Both the position numbers and the translations under genes were made by a program. From a bacterium (GTDB taxonomy: Bacteria > Patescibacteriota > Minisyncoccia > Minisyncoccales > CG1-02-41-26), in contig JAGGVK010000053.1 of the NCBI GenBank assembly GCA_021158045.1, forward strand, positions 1 through 35,696: DNA of 35,696 nucleotides, in the 5' to 3' direction. Below are positions 1 through 9,146 of the stretch, one piece after another (position 1 is the first letter of the stretch; every line of letters starts with the position of its first letter). The notes beneath the pieces are model-generated. The model had not been told where the DNA came from. It saw only the letters and a list, made by a program, of their open reading frames with translations, and ran no database searches.

Positions 1-140
1 AGAACACCCTGATGTAGGAGAGGGGCTGGGAAGCGTGGATTCCGCTGGAAGCGGGATGACCGTAGAACCGTAGGGTCTCCCGTGTAGGAAAATATTAAAA
101 ACCGAGGGTTGTTAAAGAGTCCCGCTGAAAGCGGGACGAT
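1..140 (-). mobile_element. Partial fourth copy of the GTCGC-scaffold insertion element (cut by window edge)
   Basis: Reverse complement of 77-92 (TTTTCCTACACGGGAG) equals 9210-9225; reverse complement of 99-110 (AACCCTCGGTTT) equals 9172-9183; has CCGCTG(G/A)AAGCGG hairpins as at 11548-11564; AGGGGCTGGGA (21-31) corresponds to AGGGGTCGGGG (11460-11470). Confidence 0.65.
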
Positions 141-158
141 TACCTCCCTGTTATGTAT

Positions 159-371
159 ATGTCCTTAGAAGTTTACAAACAAGGTCAAGAAAATTCTCAT
201 AGTTTGTTGCGTCGTTTTTCTCAAAGGCTGAGGCGAAGTAGAATTTTGCTCGAATTTCGGCGTCGACAATTCAAAAAGAGGAATAGAAGCAAAACGTTAA
301 AAAAGAGGTCTGCTTTGAGAAGAAAAGCAGTTAGGGAACAAATAGAGCAGGCTGGGGAGTTTAAACTTTAG
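159..371 (+). CDS. rpsU: 30S ribosomal protein bS21 (start 159 or 153)
   Basis: Small, very basic protein with EN..SLLRRF...RRS.ILLE.R.RQF pattern typical of bS21; lies upstream of ybeY. Confidence 0.75.
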   Translation: MSLEVYKQGQENSHSLLRRFSQRLRRSRILLEFRRRQFKKRNRSKTLKKRSALRRKAVREQIEQAGEFKL

Positions 372-416
372 GAAAGAAAATTTCTGAGATTTTTAGTTGA
401 AGCGAATCTTGCTTTT

Positions 417-872
417 ATGATTGAAGTGTCTGTTAGTAATTTTTCTAAAATTGCAGTTAGAAAAAGTTTTTTAGAAAAAGTAGCCAGGCTCTTTTTTAAA
501 AAAGAGAAAGTGGCAAAGCCTATTAGTTTGTCTGTTGTTTTAGTTTCTGAAAAAGAAATTAAAAGGCTAAATGCAAAATATCGCCATAAAAAGGAGGTGA
601 CAGATGTATTAAGCTTCAACCTAAGAGAGGGCTTTAAGTTTCCTTTAAACTCTTGGAAGAATGATTTAATAGGGGAAATTGTGATTTGCCCCAGAAGGGT
701 TAAACTGCAGGCTAAGGATTTTGGAAATTCTTTTTACGGTGAATTGGCTAAAGTGCTTGTGCATGGCATTTTGCATCTTTTGGGTTTTAACCATGAGAAG
801 GGTGGAAAAGAAGCAAAAGTGATGATAGGGAAAGAGAAGGAATATTTGAATTTTATTTTGTCTCAGTTATAA
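417..872 (+). CDS. ybeY: rRNA maturation metallo-endoribonuclease YbeY
   Basis: LN..YR.K..VTDVLSF, GEIVIC and the HGILHLLGFNH three-His motif. Confidence 0.95.
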   Translation: MIEVSVSNFSKIAVRKSFLEKVARLFFKKEKVAKPISLSVVLVSEKEIKRLNAKYRHKKEVTDVLSFNLREGFKFPLNSWKNDLIGEIVICPRRVKLQAKDFGNSFYGELAKVLVHGILHLLGFNHEKGGKEAKVMIGKEKEYLNFILSQL

Positions 873-882
873 TTTAAGAAGG

Positions 883-2106
883 ATGTTTATGGGATATCAT
901 ATTATTACAGCCTTAGATATTGGCTCTTCCTTTATAAAGGCATTGATTGCGAGAGAGGACAAGAAAGATAGTAAAATTGAAGTGCTTGGTAAAGGAATTG
1001 TGGCTTGCGGTGGCTTAAGAAAAGGAGAAATTTTACATTTAGAAGAAGTTACTTCTGCAATTGCTAAATCTGTTAATTTAGCGCAAGAAGAAGCCGGCCA
1101 GAAAGTAAAGAGCTGTGTTTGTAATATTAATGGGTCTCATCTTTTTTCTACGCTTTCTCAGGGATTAGTTTCTGTTTCTAGAGCCGACCAAAGAATTTCT
1201 CCAGACGATGTTGCTAGAGCCCTACATCAGGCAGAAAACATCACTTTGCCTTCAAATAAAGAAGTTTTAGAATCTTTTCCAATTGATTTTATTGTCGATG
1301 GAGAGAAGGGCATTAAACAGCCTCAAGGATTAAAGGGAAACCGGTTAGAGGTGCGGACTTTGCTTTTATGTATTTTTTCGCCGGTGCTGGAGAATTTAAC
1401 AAAAGCAGTGCTAAATGCTGGTTTGAAAATTGATGACATTATTCCTTCTGCAATAGCAGCGGCTAGGAGCTGTTTAACGAATAAGGAAGAGGAGTTGGGT
1501 GTTTTATTGGTTGATATTGGAAGCGCAACAACAGGGATGGTAGTTTTTGAAGAAGGAAATTTAATAGATTATGAAGTATTTCCTATTGGCTCTGCTAACA
1601 TTACTAATGATATTGCTCTTGGTTTGCGGACTGATATTGTTACTGCTGAAAGAATAAAGAAAGAGTATGCGCGTATTTTCTCAAAAGGGAAAAAGCCAAA
1701 GAAGAAAAGCGCTTCTGATAAAATACAAATTCCAGACAAGTCTTTGGTCTTTTCTAAAAGAGAATTGCGCGATATTGTAGAATCAAGAGTTTCGGATATT
1801 TTTACAGAAATCCAAAAAGTGTTAAAGAAAAAACTATCTCAAAAACTTCTGCCTGGTGGTATAGTTTTAACGGGTGGAGGAGCGAAACTGCCAGGGTTGG
1901 AGGACTATGCCCGGCAAAACCTTAAACTTCCTTCGAGAATCGGGGTTCCTAAGGGTATTGAAGGATTAGAAGAAGACCCTTCATTGTCTGTGGTAGCCGG
2001 ACTCCTAAGAGGTAAAAGTGGCTTTATGGGTTGGGAGGCTCCTGAAGAGGCAGATACTGGTTTTTTTAGGAAGATAGGAAACATTTTTAGAATATTTTTA
2101 CCGTAA
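883..2106 (+). CDS. ftsA: Cell division protein FtsA
   Basis: ALDIGSS, LVDIGSATT, AERIK and GGIVLTGGGAKLPG actin-fold motifs; C-terminal amphipathic helix FFRKIGNIFRIFLP; upstream of ftsZ. Confidence 0.95.
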   Translation: MFMGYHIITALDIGSSFIKALIAREDKKDSKIEVLGKGIVACGGLRKGEILHLEEVTSAIAKSVNLAQEEAGQKVKSCVCNINGSHLFSTLSQGLVSVSRADQRISPDDVARALHQAENITLPSNKEVLESFPIDFIVDGEKGIKQPQGLKGNRLEVRTLLLCIFSPVLENLTKAVLNAGLKIDDIIPSAIAAARSCLTNKEEELGVLLVDIGSATTGMVVFEEGNLIDYEVFPIGSANITNDIALGLRTDIVTAERIKKEYARIFSKGKKPKKKSASDKIQIPDKSLVFSKRELRDIVESRVSDIFTEIQKVLKKKLSQKLLPGGIVLTGGGAKLPGLEDYARQNLKLPSRIGVPKGIEGLEEDPSLSVVAGLLRGKSGFMGWEAPEEADTGFFRKIGNIFRIFLP

Positions 2107-2153
2107 GTTTTATAATAAATTTTTGAAGAGGGTAACTGTGCCAATATTATTAT

Positions 2154-3092
2154 ATGAATTTTTCTCCTAAAATTAAGGCTATTGGTCTTGGAGGCTGTGG
2201 CGTGAACACGGTTTCTGAACTTTCAAAATGCGCAAGGTTGAAATCTTTAGGAATTGAACTTATTGCAGCTAATACTGATTTTCAATCTCTCAAGGTTTCG
2301 CCAGTTCCTCGTAAAATTTTATTAGGCCCTCAAACAACCTTTGGTTTTGGCACAGGTATGAACTTAAAGCTTGGTGAGAAGGCTGCCAAAGAATCGTTGC
2401 CAGAGATAGAAGAGTCTATTAAAGAGGCAGATTTGCTTTTCATCACTTGCGGTTTAGGAGGAGGCACAGGAACAGCAGCAAGCTTTGTAATTGCAGACTT
2501 GGCTAAAAGGCTTGGTATTTTAACTGTGGCAGTTGTGACATCTCCATTTTCATTTGAAGGCGCCCAGCGTTTGAAAATTGCGAATTTAGGTTTAAGAAGG
2601 CTGGTAGATAAAGTTGACAGTATTGTGCCTATTTCTAATGATAAGCTCTCTGGGTTTATAGATAAGAACATTTCTTTAAAGGAGGCTTTTAAAAAATGCG
2701 ATGAAGTGTTACTAGAGGCGATTACTAGCATTTCTGACTTAATTTGTGTTCCGGGTATTATTAATGTCAATTTTGGAGACGTAAAGAAAACTTTAGAAAA
2801 GTCTGGCAGGGCTCTTCTTGGGCAGGGAGTAGCCCGAGGAGAAAATAGAGTGTTGAAGGCAGCAGAAAAAGCGGTACTTTCGCCTTTTATTAAATTTCCT
2901 TTGAAAGATGCCAAAGGAATGCTTTTAAATGTTACAGGGGGAGATGATTTAACATTGTTTGAAGTAAGAAACGCTGCTGAGTTCTTGCGCAAGTTAGCTT
3001 CTCAGGAAGCAAAGATAATTTTTGGCGCTTCAGAAGACAAAACATTAAAGAAGGGAGAAATTAAGGTTACAGTGATTGCTACAGGATTTTGA
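2154..3092 (+). CDS. ftsZ: Cell division protein FtsZ (globular core only, no C-terminal tail)
   Basis: GLGGCGVN, ANTD, GLGGGTGT, PFSFEG and INVNFGDV motifs; ends at VTVIATGF. Confidence 0.93.
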   Translation: MNFSPKIKAIGLGGCGVNTVSELSKCARLKSLGIELIAANTDFQSLKVSPVPRKILLGPQTTFGFGTGMNLKLGEKAAKESLPEIEESIKEADLLFITCGLGGGTGTAASFVIADLAKRLGILTVAVVTSPFSFEGAQRLKIANLGLRRLVDKVDSIVPISNDKLSGFIDKNISLKEAFKKCDEVLLEAITSISDLICVPGIINVNFGDVKKTLEKSGRALLGQGVARGENRVLKAAEKAVLSPFIKFPLKDAKGMLLNVTGGDDLTLFEVRNAAEFLRKLASQEAKIIFGASEDKTLKKGEIKVTVIATGF

Positions 3093-3117
3093 CAATTTTA
3101 TTTTTTTGTTGTATTAT
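3089..3117 (+). promoter_or_regulatory. Sigma70-type promoter upstream of rnpB, overlapping the ftsZ stop codon
   Basis: TTGACA (3089-3094), 17 nt spacer, TATTAT (3112-3117); a second TTGACA at 3158-3163. Confidence 0.55.
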
Positions 3118-3186
3118 AAAAACAGTAAGTTTTACTTGCCTGTTAATATTACCAATCTTGACAGACAAGTCTTTCAGGTTAAAAAT

Positions 3187-3556
3187 GAGAGCAAGTAGGC
3201 AAAGCAATCGCCGAGCATATAACGATTATGTGCCCGGAGGAAAGTCCGAACACCTTTCTGCTTCTATAAGGAAGTGGAAAAAGTGGTAGCGGGTAACACC
3301 CGTCCGCCGTGAGGCGAGAGGTGCGAACAGAGACGCCCGACTTCGAAAGGAGGAGGGTGCCCTATAAAACGAGAGATTGTCTTATAGGGTAAGTTCCCAC
3401 AGAAATGTGGGAAGTGAAACGGCTAAATCCTTACCTGGTGCAAGACCAAATTTTGGTTGGTCGCTTGATCCCGAGAGTAATCGAGGGACCAGATAAATGA
3501 TTGCTGTTCCCATCTTTATGGGAATACAGAATTCGGCTTATTGCCTGCTTGCTCTC
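3187..3556 (+). ncRNA. rnpB: RNase P RNA
   Basis: P1 pairing GAGAGCAAGTAGGCAA / TTGCCTGCTTGCTCTC; conserved GAGGAAAGTCC, AACAGA.A, GTGAAACGG, GCAAG, AGATAAATGATTG and ACAGAATTCGGCTTA. Confidence 0.96.
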
Positions 3557-3586
3557 ATTTTTGTTTTGAAATAAGAGAAAGAAAAG

Positions 3587-5455
3587 ATGAAGAATTTTAC
3601 TGTTAGAAATTTTGTGATTATTTCCCATATTGACCATGGAAAATCAACCTTGGCTGACCGTTTTTTGCAATTGACAGGACAGATTCCAGAAAATAAGATG
3701 CATCCCCAATATTTAGATTCAATGTCCCTTGAGAGAGAAAAAGGAATTACAATTAAAATGCATCCTTGCAGGATGGTGTGGAAAATGCCAAATGATTTGG
3801 CTAAAAAAGAAAGGGCTGATTATTGTGTTTTTAATTTGATTGATACACCAGGGCATATTGATTTTAGTTACGAGATTTCCCGGGCTATGGCAGCAGTTGA
3901 AGGGGCTATTCTTTTGGTTGATGCTTCCCAGGGCGTTCAGGCGCAGACATTGTTTAATTTAGAGACAGCTCGTTCACAAGGTTTAGAAATTATTGGTTTA
4001 ATTAACAAAATTGATATCCCCGGAGCGAAAGTAGAGGAGACAAAAAAAGAGGTCGCCTCTCTTTTAGAAGTTCCCGAGAAGGAAATTTTAGAAGTGTCTG
4101 CAAAATTAGGATGGAATGTAGGGAAAGTTTTTCGGCTTTTGGTAGAAAAAATTTCTCCTCCAAAAAAAATACTTGAATCTGGATTACAGGACCGATTTTC
4201 TGGGTTTTGTGCCTTGATATTTGATTGCAAATACGACCCGTTTTTTGGAGTTATTAGTTTTGTAAGGGTTTTTAATGGGGAGATTCGGAGAGGAGATAAA
4301 ATTTATTTTTTGAGGACCCAAGAAGAAGGGGAAGCGAAAGAAATAGGATATTTTTCTCCACAGTTTTCTGAAACGGGCAAGTTAGCAGCAGGTGAAATTG
4401 GTTATATTAAAACTGGCATTAGGGAGCCTGATAAGGTAAGAATAGGCGACACGATAATTAGAAACACGAAAAATCGGTATAAGGCTTTAAATTCCAAATC
4501 TATTATGCCCAAGCCTCTCCCAGGGTACAAAGAGCCAAAGCCAGTTTTGTTTCTTAGTTTATACCCTACCAATCCTGATAATTTCTTGAGTCTAAAAAGA
4601 AGTCTTCTAAAATTAAGGTTAAATGATGCTGCTCTTAGTTTTCGAGAGGAGTCAAAGACAATTTTGGGCAGGGGTTTCCGCTGCGGTTTTTTAGGCTCTT
4701 TGCATGCGGAAATATCAATTAGAAGACTGAAAAACGAATTTGGGCAGGACTTAATTAGCACTTTTCCACAAGTAATTTTTAGAGTTTTAAAAAAAGACGG
4801 AAAAGAATTTCTTTTAACTTCTCCTGCTTTTTGGCCAGACAGGCATAGCATAAAAGAGATTCAAGAGCCTTGGGTGCAATTGAAAATAGTCACCCCTCAA
4901 AGGTATCTTAGCCGTGTGTTTGAGATTCTAATTTCTGTTAAATCCGAGCTTGGAAAAACAGAATTTTTTAGCTCCGAAAAATATATTGTTAAAGCAGAGG
5001 CTCCCTTGAGAGAAATAATAAACAGCAATTTTTATGATAGGCTTAAAAAAGAAACATCAGGATATGCTTCCTTCAGTTTTCAAGAAGTTGGATTTAGAAA
5101 AGCAGATTTGGTAAAGCTTGACATATTGATTGCTGGCGAAAGAGAGAATGCTTTTTCTCGGATTGTGGCTCGAGAGAAAGCCTTTGTTTCGGCAAAGAAA
5201 ATACTTAAAAAGTTAAAAGAATCTTTGCCTCATTACCAGTTTGACCTTGTTTTGCAAGGGGCGGTTGGGGGAAAAATAATTGCTAGGGAAACAATTAAAG
5301 CGAGAAGGAAAGATGTTACTGCTCCTTTATACGGAGGGGATGTTACCAGAAAAAATAAACTTTTAAAGAAACAAAAGAAAGGCAAAAAAAAGCTTAAAGA
5401 AAGAAGACAATTTACTTTGCCTTCCGATGTTTTTTTGAAGATGCTAAAACCTTAA
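3587..5455 (+). CDS. lepA: Elongation factor 4 (LepA), divergent
   Basis: HIDHGKSTLADR, EREKGITIK, DTPGH, NKID, LNDAAL, GFRCGFLG and YGGDVTRK. Confidence 0.95.
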   Translation: MKNFTVRNFVIISHIDHGKSTLADRFLQLTGQIPENKMHPQYLDSMSLEREKGITIKMHPCRMVWKMPNDLAKKERADYCVFNLIDTPGHIDFSYEISRAMAAVEGAILLVDASQGVQAQTLFNLETARSQGLEIIGLINKIDIPGAKVEETKKEVASLLEVPEKEILEVSAKLGWNVGKVFRLLVEKISPPKKILESGLQDRFSGFCALIFDCKYDPFFGVISFVRVFNGEIRRGDKIYFLRTQEEGEAKEIGYFSPQFSETGKLAAGEIGYIKTGIREPDKVRIGDTIIRNTKNRYKALNSKSIMPKPLPGYKEPKPVLFLSLYPTNPDNFLSLKRSLLKLRLNDAALSFREESKTILGRGFRCGFLGSLHAEISIRRLKNEFGQDLISTFPQVIFRVLKKDGKEFLLTSPAFWPDRHSIKEIQEPWVQLKIVTPQRYLSRVFEILISVKSELGKTEFFSSEKYIVKAEAPLREIINSNFYDRLKKETSGYASFSFQEVGFRKADLVKLDILIAGERENAFSRIVAREKAFVSAKKILKKLKESLPHYQFDLVLQGAVGGKIIARETIKARRKDVTAPLYGGDVTRKNKLLKKQKKGKKKLKERRQFTLPSDVFLKMLKP

Positions 5456-5573
5456 TTTATAGGAAGGGAAGGATTAGAAATGCAATTGTGCTGAAGGCTA
5501 CCAGCGAAACCAAGGCTATCCATAAGATTTTTACAATAATTTTTTTCTTTGCCATATAATATATAATATATGT

Positions 5574-6011
5574 ATGATAACAAAATTACAAAAATTTAAA
5601 AGAGGGAAGAAAAAACCAGTCTTTAGTATCATTTTAATAGTTTTAGCCTTATTTTTTCTATCGGCGGTTTTTGCTTGGGGTAATCTAAGAATTCTGAAAA
5701 AGCGCTTAAGCTTAAAGACGCAGATTGAATCCTTGAAGAATAAACTAAGCGTTCTTAAAGAAAAGGAAGGGGCGTTAGAAAGGAAACTTCATCAATATAA
5801 AACAGATTACTATATGGAGAAGATAGCCAGAGAGAAACTTGATCTCAAGAAAAAAGGCGAAAAGGTTGTTGCTTTCCCTGTAGAGAGCGAGAGTTTTTCT
5901 CAAACATCAACTGTTGGGAATGAAAATAAAGAGAGAGGAAATTTTTGGGAAAATTTTCTAAAATCTTTTTTTGGCAGATTGCCTTTGAACAAACTTTTTG
6001 GAAAGAAATAA
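5574..6011 (+). CDS. Septum formation initiator family protein (FtsB/DivIC-like)
   Basis: N-terminal TM helix, coiled coil, then YMEKIAREKLDLKKKGEKV motif. Confidence 0.8.
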   Translation: MITKLQKFKRGKKKPVFSIILIVLALFFLSAVFAWGNLRILKKRLSLKTQIESLKNKLSVLKEKEGALERKLHQYKTDYYMEKIAREKLDLKKKGEKVVAFPVESESFSQTSTVGNENKERGNFWENFLKSFFGRLPLNKLFGKK

Positions 6012-6016
6012 GGTTT

Positions 6017-6087
6017 GCGAGTGTAGTATAGTGGTAGTATGCAACCTTCCCAAGGTTGAGACGAGGGTTCGATTCCCTTCACTCGCT
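6017..6087 (+). tRNA. tRNA-Gly(CCC), CCA not encoded
   Basis: Acceptor GCGAGTG/CACTCGC; anticodon arm CAACC-TTCCCAA-GGTTG; T-loop TTCGATT. Confidence 0.96.
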
Positions 6088-6162
6088 TGTTTTCTTGGTT
6101 TTTTTCTTTTATGTCTTTGTTGTGGTTAAAAGAATAGTAGTTTTTTTGTAAGTACCATTTAT

Positions 6163-6233
6163 GCCGATGTAGCTTAATGGTAAAGCAATGGTTTCGTAAA
6201 CCATCGATGGCAGTTCGATTCTGCCCATCGGCT
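6163..6233 (+). tRNA. tRNA-Thr(CGT), CCA not encoded
   Basis: Acceptor GCCGATG/CATCGGC; anticodon arm ATGGT-TTCGTAA-ACCAT; T-loop TTCGATT. Confidence 0.96.
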
Positions 6234-6272
6234 TGGTGTGTTAGAATTTTATTGTTCCTTGCAACGAAAGGC

Positions 6273-6300
6273 TTGACATAGAACATAGTTCCGCTATACT
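6273..6300 (+). promoter_or_regulatory. Near-consensus sigma70 promoter for the downstream ncRNA
   Basis: TTGACA (6273-6278), 16 nt spacer, TATACT (6295-6300), 6 nt before a long hairpin. Confidence 0.75.
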
Positions 6301-6306
6301 AAAAAT

Positions 6307-6446
6307 AGCCTCACCTTTCTTAGTTAGATTCAGGGACAAGCTTTTTTCTAAGGGAGCTCAATATTTGTTGAATCCTTGGATTTAACGTGAGAGCACCCAT
6401 TTTGGATTTTTTCCTGAAAGATTCTTTCTAAGAAAAAGGTGGGGCT
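6307..6446 (+). ncRNA. Rod-shaped ncRNA with central bubble, candidate 6S RNA
   Basis: AGCCTCACCTTTCTTAG pairs with CTAAGAAAAAGGTGGGGCT; TCAGGGA/TTCCTGA; unpaired bubble; GGGAGCTC/GAGCACCC; apical GTTGAATCC/GGATTTAAC; own promoter, no ORF. Confidence 0.55.
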
Positions 6447-6573
6447 TTGTGTTTATTTTTATTATTACTATAAAAAGAAACAGCAGCAGCAACCTCGAGC
6501 ACTTTTATTAGTTAAATTATCAAAGCTAAATTTAGAATACTTCCCAATAATTGAAAACTAATGTTTGGCGCAA

Positions 6574-6801
6574 TTATTTAGCTTGGATTTTAGAAAGAGT
6601 TTTAATGCATCTTGTGCATGCCAAAACTCTCTTCCCAGCAAATTTTCGGAATGGTTGTTTCTTGATATCTTTAGGTATTTTTACCCATTGAAGGTTTGGA
6701 TACCTTACTCGTTTTGGCGTAGGGTTATATTTGCCTCGAAGTTTATTAAGCTTTCTGCCAACTTGAGGCTTTTTTCCGCATATTTGGCAAATTCGACTCA
6801 T
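6574..6801 (-). CDS. rpmB: 50S ribosomal protein bL28
   Basis: MSRICQICGK...KR..YPNLQ...CTRCIK. Confidence 0.93.
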   Translation of the reverse strand: MSRICQICGKKPQVGRKLNKLRGKYNPTPKRVRYPNLQWVKIPKDIKKQPFRKFAGKRVLACTRCIKTLSKIQAK

Positions 6802-6961
6802 AGGTATATAATATTTATGTGTGGTTATCCTAATTTTCTATAAGAGGACAAATCTTAGAAAAAATAGGAACCGTACATAATTATTTTAAGCTGCACTGGC
6901 AATGTATTATTAATTATAAAGATAGCATAAATTGCTTTAATTTTCAAATCATCCAGTTATT

Positions 6962-7627
6962 ATGGGGATAATATTATTTATTCTTGTTATAATTATATTT
7001 TTGTATTCGATTATCCTGCACGAGATTTCCCATGGAGCGATGGCAAATCATCTTGGCGACCCGACAGCAAAATTAGCGGGAAGATTAACTTTGAATCCTC
7101 TAAAACACTTGGACCCTATTGGTTCTGTGCTTTTGCCTTTTCTTTTGCTTGTTATGGGTTCTAAAATAGTTTTTGGCTGGGCAAAGCCAGTTCCTATTAA
7201 TCCTTTAAACCTAAGAGACAAAAAATATGGCTCAGCTAAAGTAGCTGCTGCGGGTCCTTTAGCAAACATTATAATGGCAGTAACATTTGGTTTAATTGCT
7301 CGGTTCTTTTTAGTTTTGCCATATACATCATTTTTGTTTAGGTTGGGAATCATTTTTGGTTATATATGTGGAATAAATCTTCTATTAGCAATTTTTAATT
7401 TAGTGCCAATTCCTCCTTTGGACGGTTCTCATATCCTTTTTTCTTTCTTAGGGGAGAGGGCTAATGGCTTGAAGATATTCCTTTCAAGGTATGGGTTTTT
7501 TATTTTACTCATTTTTATATTCTTTTTTACTGGATTGCTTTTTCCAGTTGTTAATTTTTTCTTCAGGTTAATTGTTGGCAAATCTTTTGCTTGGCTAGTG
7601 GAAATTCTGGAAGGATGGTTGACATAG
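6962..7627 (+). CDS. Site-2 protease (peptidase M50) family membrane metalloprotease
   Basis: HEISH (HExxH), GDPTA..AGRLTLNP, AAAGP, FNLVPIPPLDGSH; multiple TM segments. Confidence 0.93.
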   Translation: MGIILFILVIIIFLYSIILHEISHGAMANHLGDPTAKLAGRLTLNPLKHLDPIGSVLLPFLLLVMGSKIVFGWAKPVPINPLNLRDKKYGSAKVAAAGPLANIIMAVTFGLIARFFLVLPYTSFLFRLGIIFGYICGINLLLAIFNLVPIPPLDGSHILFSFLGERANGLKIFLSRYGFFILLIFIFFFTGLLFPVVNFFFRLIVGKSFAWLVEILEGWLT

Positions 7628-7647
7628 TAGATTTTCTTTGCTAAATT
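7619..7647 (+). promoter_or_regulatory. Putative str operon promoter
   Basis: TTGACA (7619-7624), 17 nt spacer, TGc-TAAATT (extended -10). Confidence 0.55.
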
Positions 7648-7741
7648 TATCAGAAGCATAAAAATGCTTTCTTATTTTATTTTTATCTTTTTATTTTTTA
7701 TTACCGCGCCAATAATTACAACTGTTATAAAATACAACAAT

Positions 7742-8161
7742 ATGCCAACTTTACATCAACTATTAAAAAAATCGAGAAAGAAGACTAAGAAAAAAACTCG
7801 GGACAGGGCTCTAACTTTTTCTATGAACACCCTAAAGAACAAGAAAGTGTATTATCCTTCTCCATTTAAAAGGGGAATGTGTTTGAAGGTTTGGACTGTT
7901 GCCCCTAAAAAACCTAATTCAGCCCTGAGAAAGGTGGCTAGGGTAAGACTTTCAAATGGTTTGGAGGTTACAGCCTATATTCCCGGGGAAGGACATAATT
8001 TACAAGAGCATTCTATTGTTTTAGTTAGAGGCGGAAGGGTTAAAGATTTGCCGGGTGTGAGATATCATATTGTGAGAGGGGTGCTGGATACCTCTGGAGT
8101 AGAAAAGCGGAAGCAAGGGAGGTCGAAATTTGGGACCAAAAAGGAAAAAGCCAAGAAATAA
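7742..8161 (+). CDS. rpsL: 30S ribosomal protein uS12 (true start MPTLHQL)
   Basis: [29 protein letters not shown] and [12 protein letters not shown]. Confidence 0.98.
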   Translation: MPTLHQLLKKSRKKTKKKTRDRALTFSMNTLKNKKVYYPSPFKRGMCLKVWTVAPKKPNSALRKVARVRLSNGLEVTAYIPGEGHNLQEHSIVLVRGGRVKDLPGVRYHIVRGVLDTSGVEKRKQGRSKFGTKKEKAKK

Positions 8162-8180
8162 TTCTTATGACCAATGAACA

Positions 8181-8460
8181 AAATCTCAAATCTCAAATCT
8201 CAAATCTCAAAATGACATCTCAAAATGCAAAATTAGAAAATTCAAAATGCAAAATTAGAAAAGCAAAATTTCAAATCTCAAATCTCAAAATGCAAAATTA
8301 GAATGCTTGGCTAAGCCAAGCAGCAAGAGAAAAAAGAGATTGCTTCGTCAGTCGCTTCGCTCCTTCCTCGCAATGACAGGGGGAGGAATCGCTTCGCTCA
8401 GGATGGCAATGTGGCGGATGGCGGAGCAATGAGCAAAGAGCAAAGAACATAAAAATTAGA
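8181..8460. repeat. Composite repeat A: (AAATCTC)n and CAAAATG heptamers plus a 41 bp GATTGCTTCG...CTCGCAATGACA unit
   Basis: AAATCTC x4 at 8181-8208; 8338-8378 is identical to 35459-35499 and is the reverse complement (1 mismatch) of 27574-27614 and 27936-27976. Confidence 0.9.
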
Positions 8461-8470
8461 AATTTAGAAT

Positions 8471-8935
8471 ATGGCAAAGAAATTCAAAAAAAGAGAAATC
8501 AAACCGGATATCTTATACAACAGCGTTTTGGTGGCAAAGTTTATTAACCATATAATGAAAAAGGGCAAGAAATCTTTGGCTCAGAGAATTTTGTATAGAG
8601 CTTTTGAGATTATAAAGAAGAAAACAGGGAAAGAACCGTTGGAAGTTTTTAGGAATGCTATAGAGAATGTTGGTCCAGTTATCGAAGTTAAGCCAAGAAG
8701 AGTTGGCGGAGCTACTTATCAAGTACCAGTGGAAGTTAAAAAGGAAAGAAGTGTCAGTTTAGCTATGAGGTGGATTTTGACAGCAGCAAGGTCTAGCAAG
8801 GGAAAACCAATGGAGGAAAAACTAGCTAAAGAAATAATTTCTGCTGCCAATAACGAAGGAAATGCTGTAAAAAAGAAGATTAATATTCATAGGATGGCTG
8901 AAGCCAACAGGGCTTTTGCTCATTTTGCAAGATAG
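8471..8935 (+). CDS. rpsG: 30S ribosomal protein uS7
   Basis: [23 protein letters not shown] and [13 protein letters not shown]. Confidence 0.98.
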   Translation: MAKKFKKREIKPDILYNSVLVAKFINHIMKKGKKSLAQRILYRAFEIIKKKTGKEPLEVFRNAIENVGPVIEVKPRRVGGATYQVPVEVKKERSVSLAMRWILTAARSSKGKPMEEKLAKEIISAANNEGNAVKKKINIHRMAEANRAFAHFAR

Positions 8936-9033
8936 GCGCAAAGCGAAAAGCGCAAAATGTAAAATAACAGCGCAAGGCCAAAAAAATTTTGAATTTTAAG
9001 TTGTTATTTTATACTTTCGCTTTTTGTTTTATG
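8936..9033. repeat. Bipartite A-rich/T-rich degenerate heptamer repeat (imperfect inverted arms)
   Basis: GCGCAAA GCGAAAA GCGCAAA ATGTAAA ATAACAG... followed by ...TTGTTAT TTTATAC TTTCGC TTTTTG. Confidence 0.6.
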
Positions 9034-9146
9034 TTTCTCTAATTGATTTCTTATCTTATATATGCCAAGATTATATCCAAATATATGCCAAGATTATATC
9101 CAATAGAAAAAACAAGAGACATTGGTATTATCGCTCATATTGATGC
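9034..9146 (+). pseudogene. Orphaned duplicate of the fusA leader and first about 21 codons
   Basis: Identical to 9270-9381 except one extra C at 9050; encodes [21 protein letters not shown] then runs into the insertion. Confidence 0.9.

Noticed and set aside
100-152. 3' end of a 16S rRNA gene
   Set aside because: Only the GATTACCTCC word resembles it; the preceding helix 44/45 sequence (GTCGTAACAAGGTA) is absent.
3089-3637. ORFs 3089-3289 (+) and 3431-3637 (-)
   Set aside because: They overlap the RNase P RNA gene.
5900-6286. 128 aa minus-strand ORF
   Set aside because: Antisense to two tRNA genes and the end of the FtsB-like gene.
6307-6446. SRP RNA or tmRNA
   Set aside because: No SRP domain IV GNRA-loop motif, no tRNA-like ends or tag frame, and too short for tmRNA.
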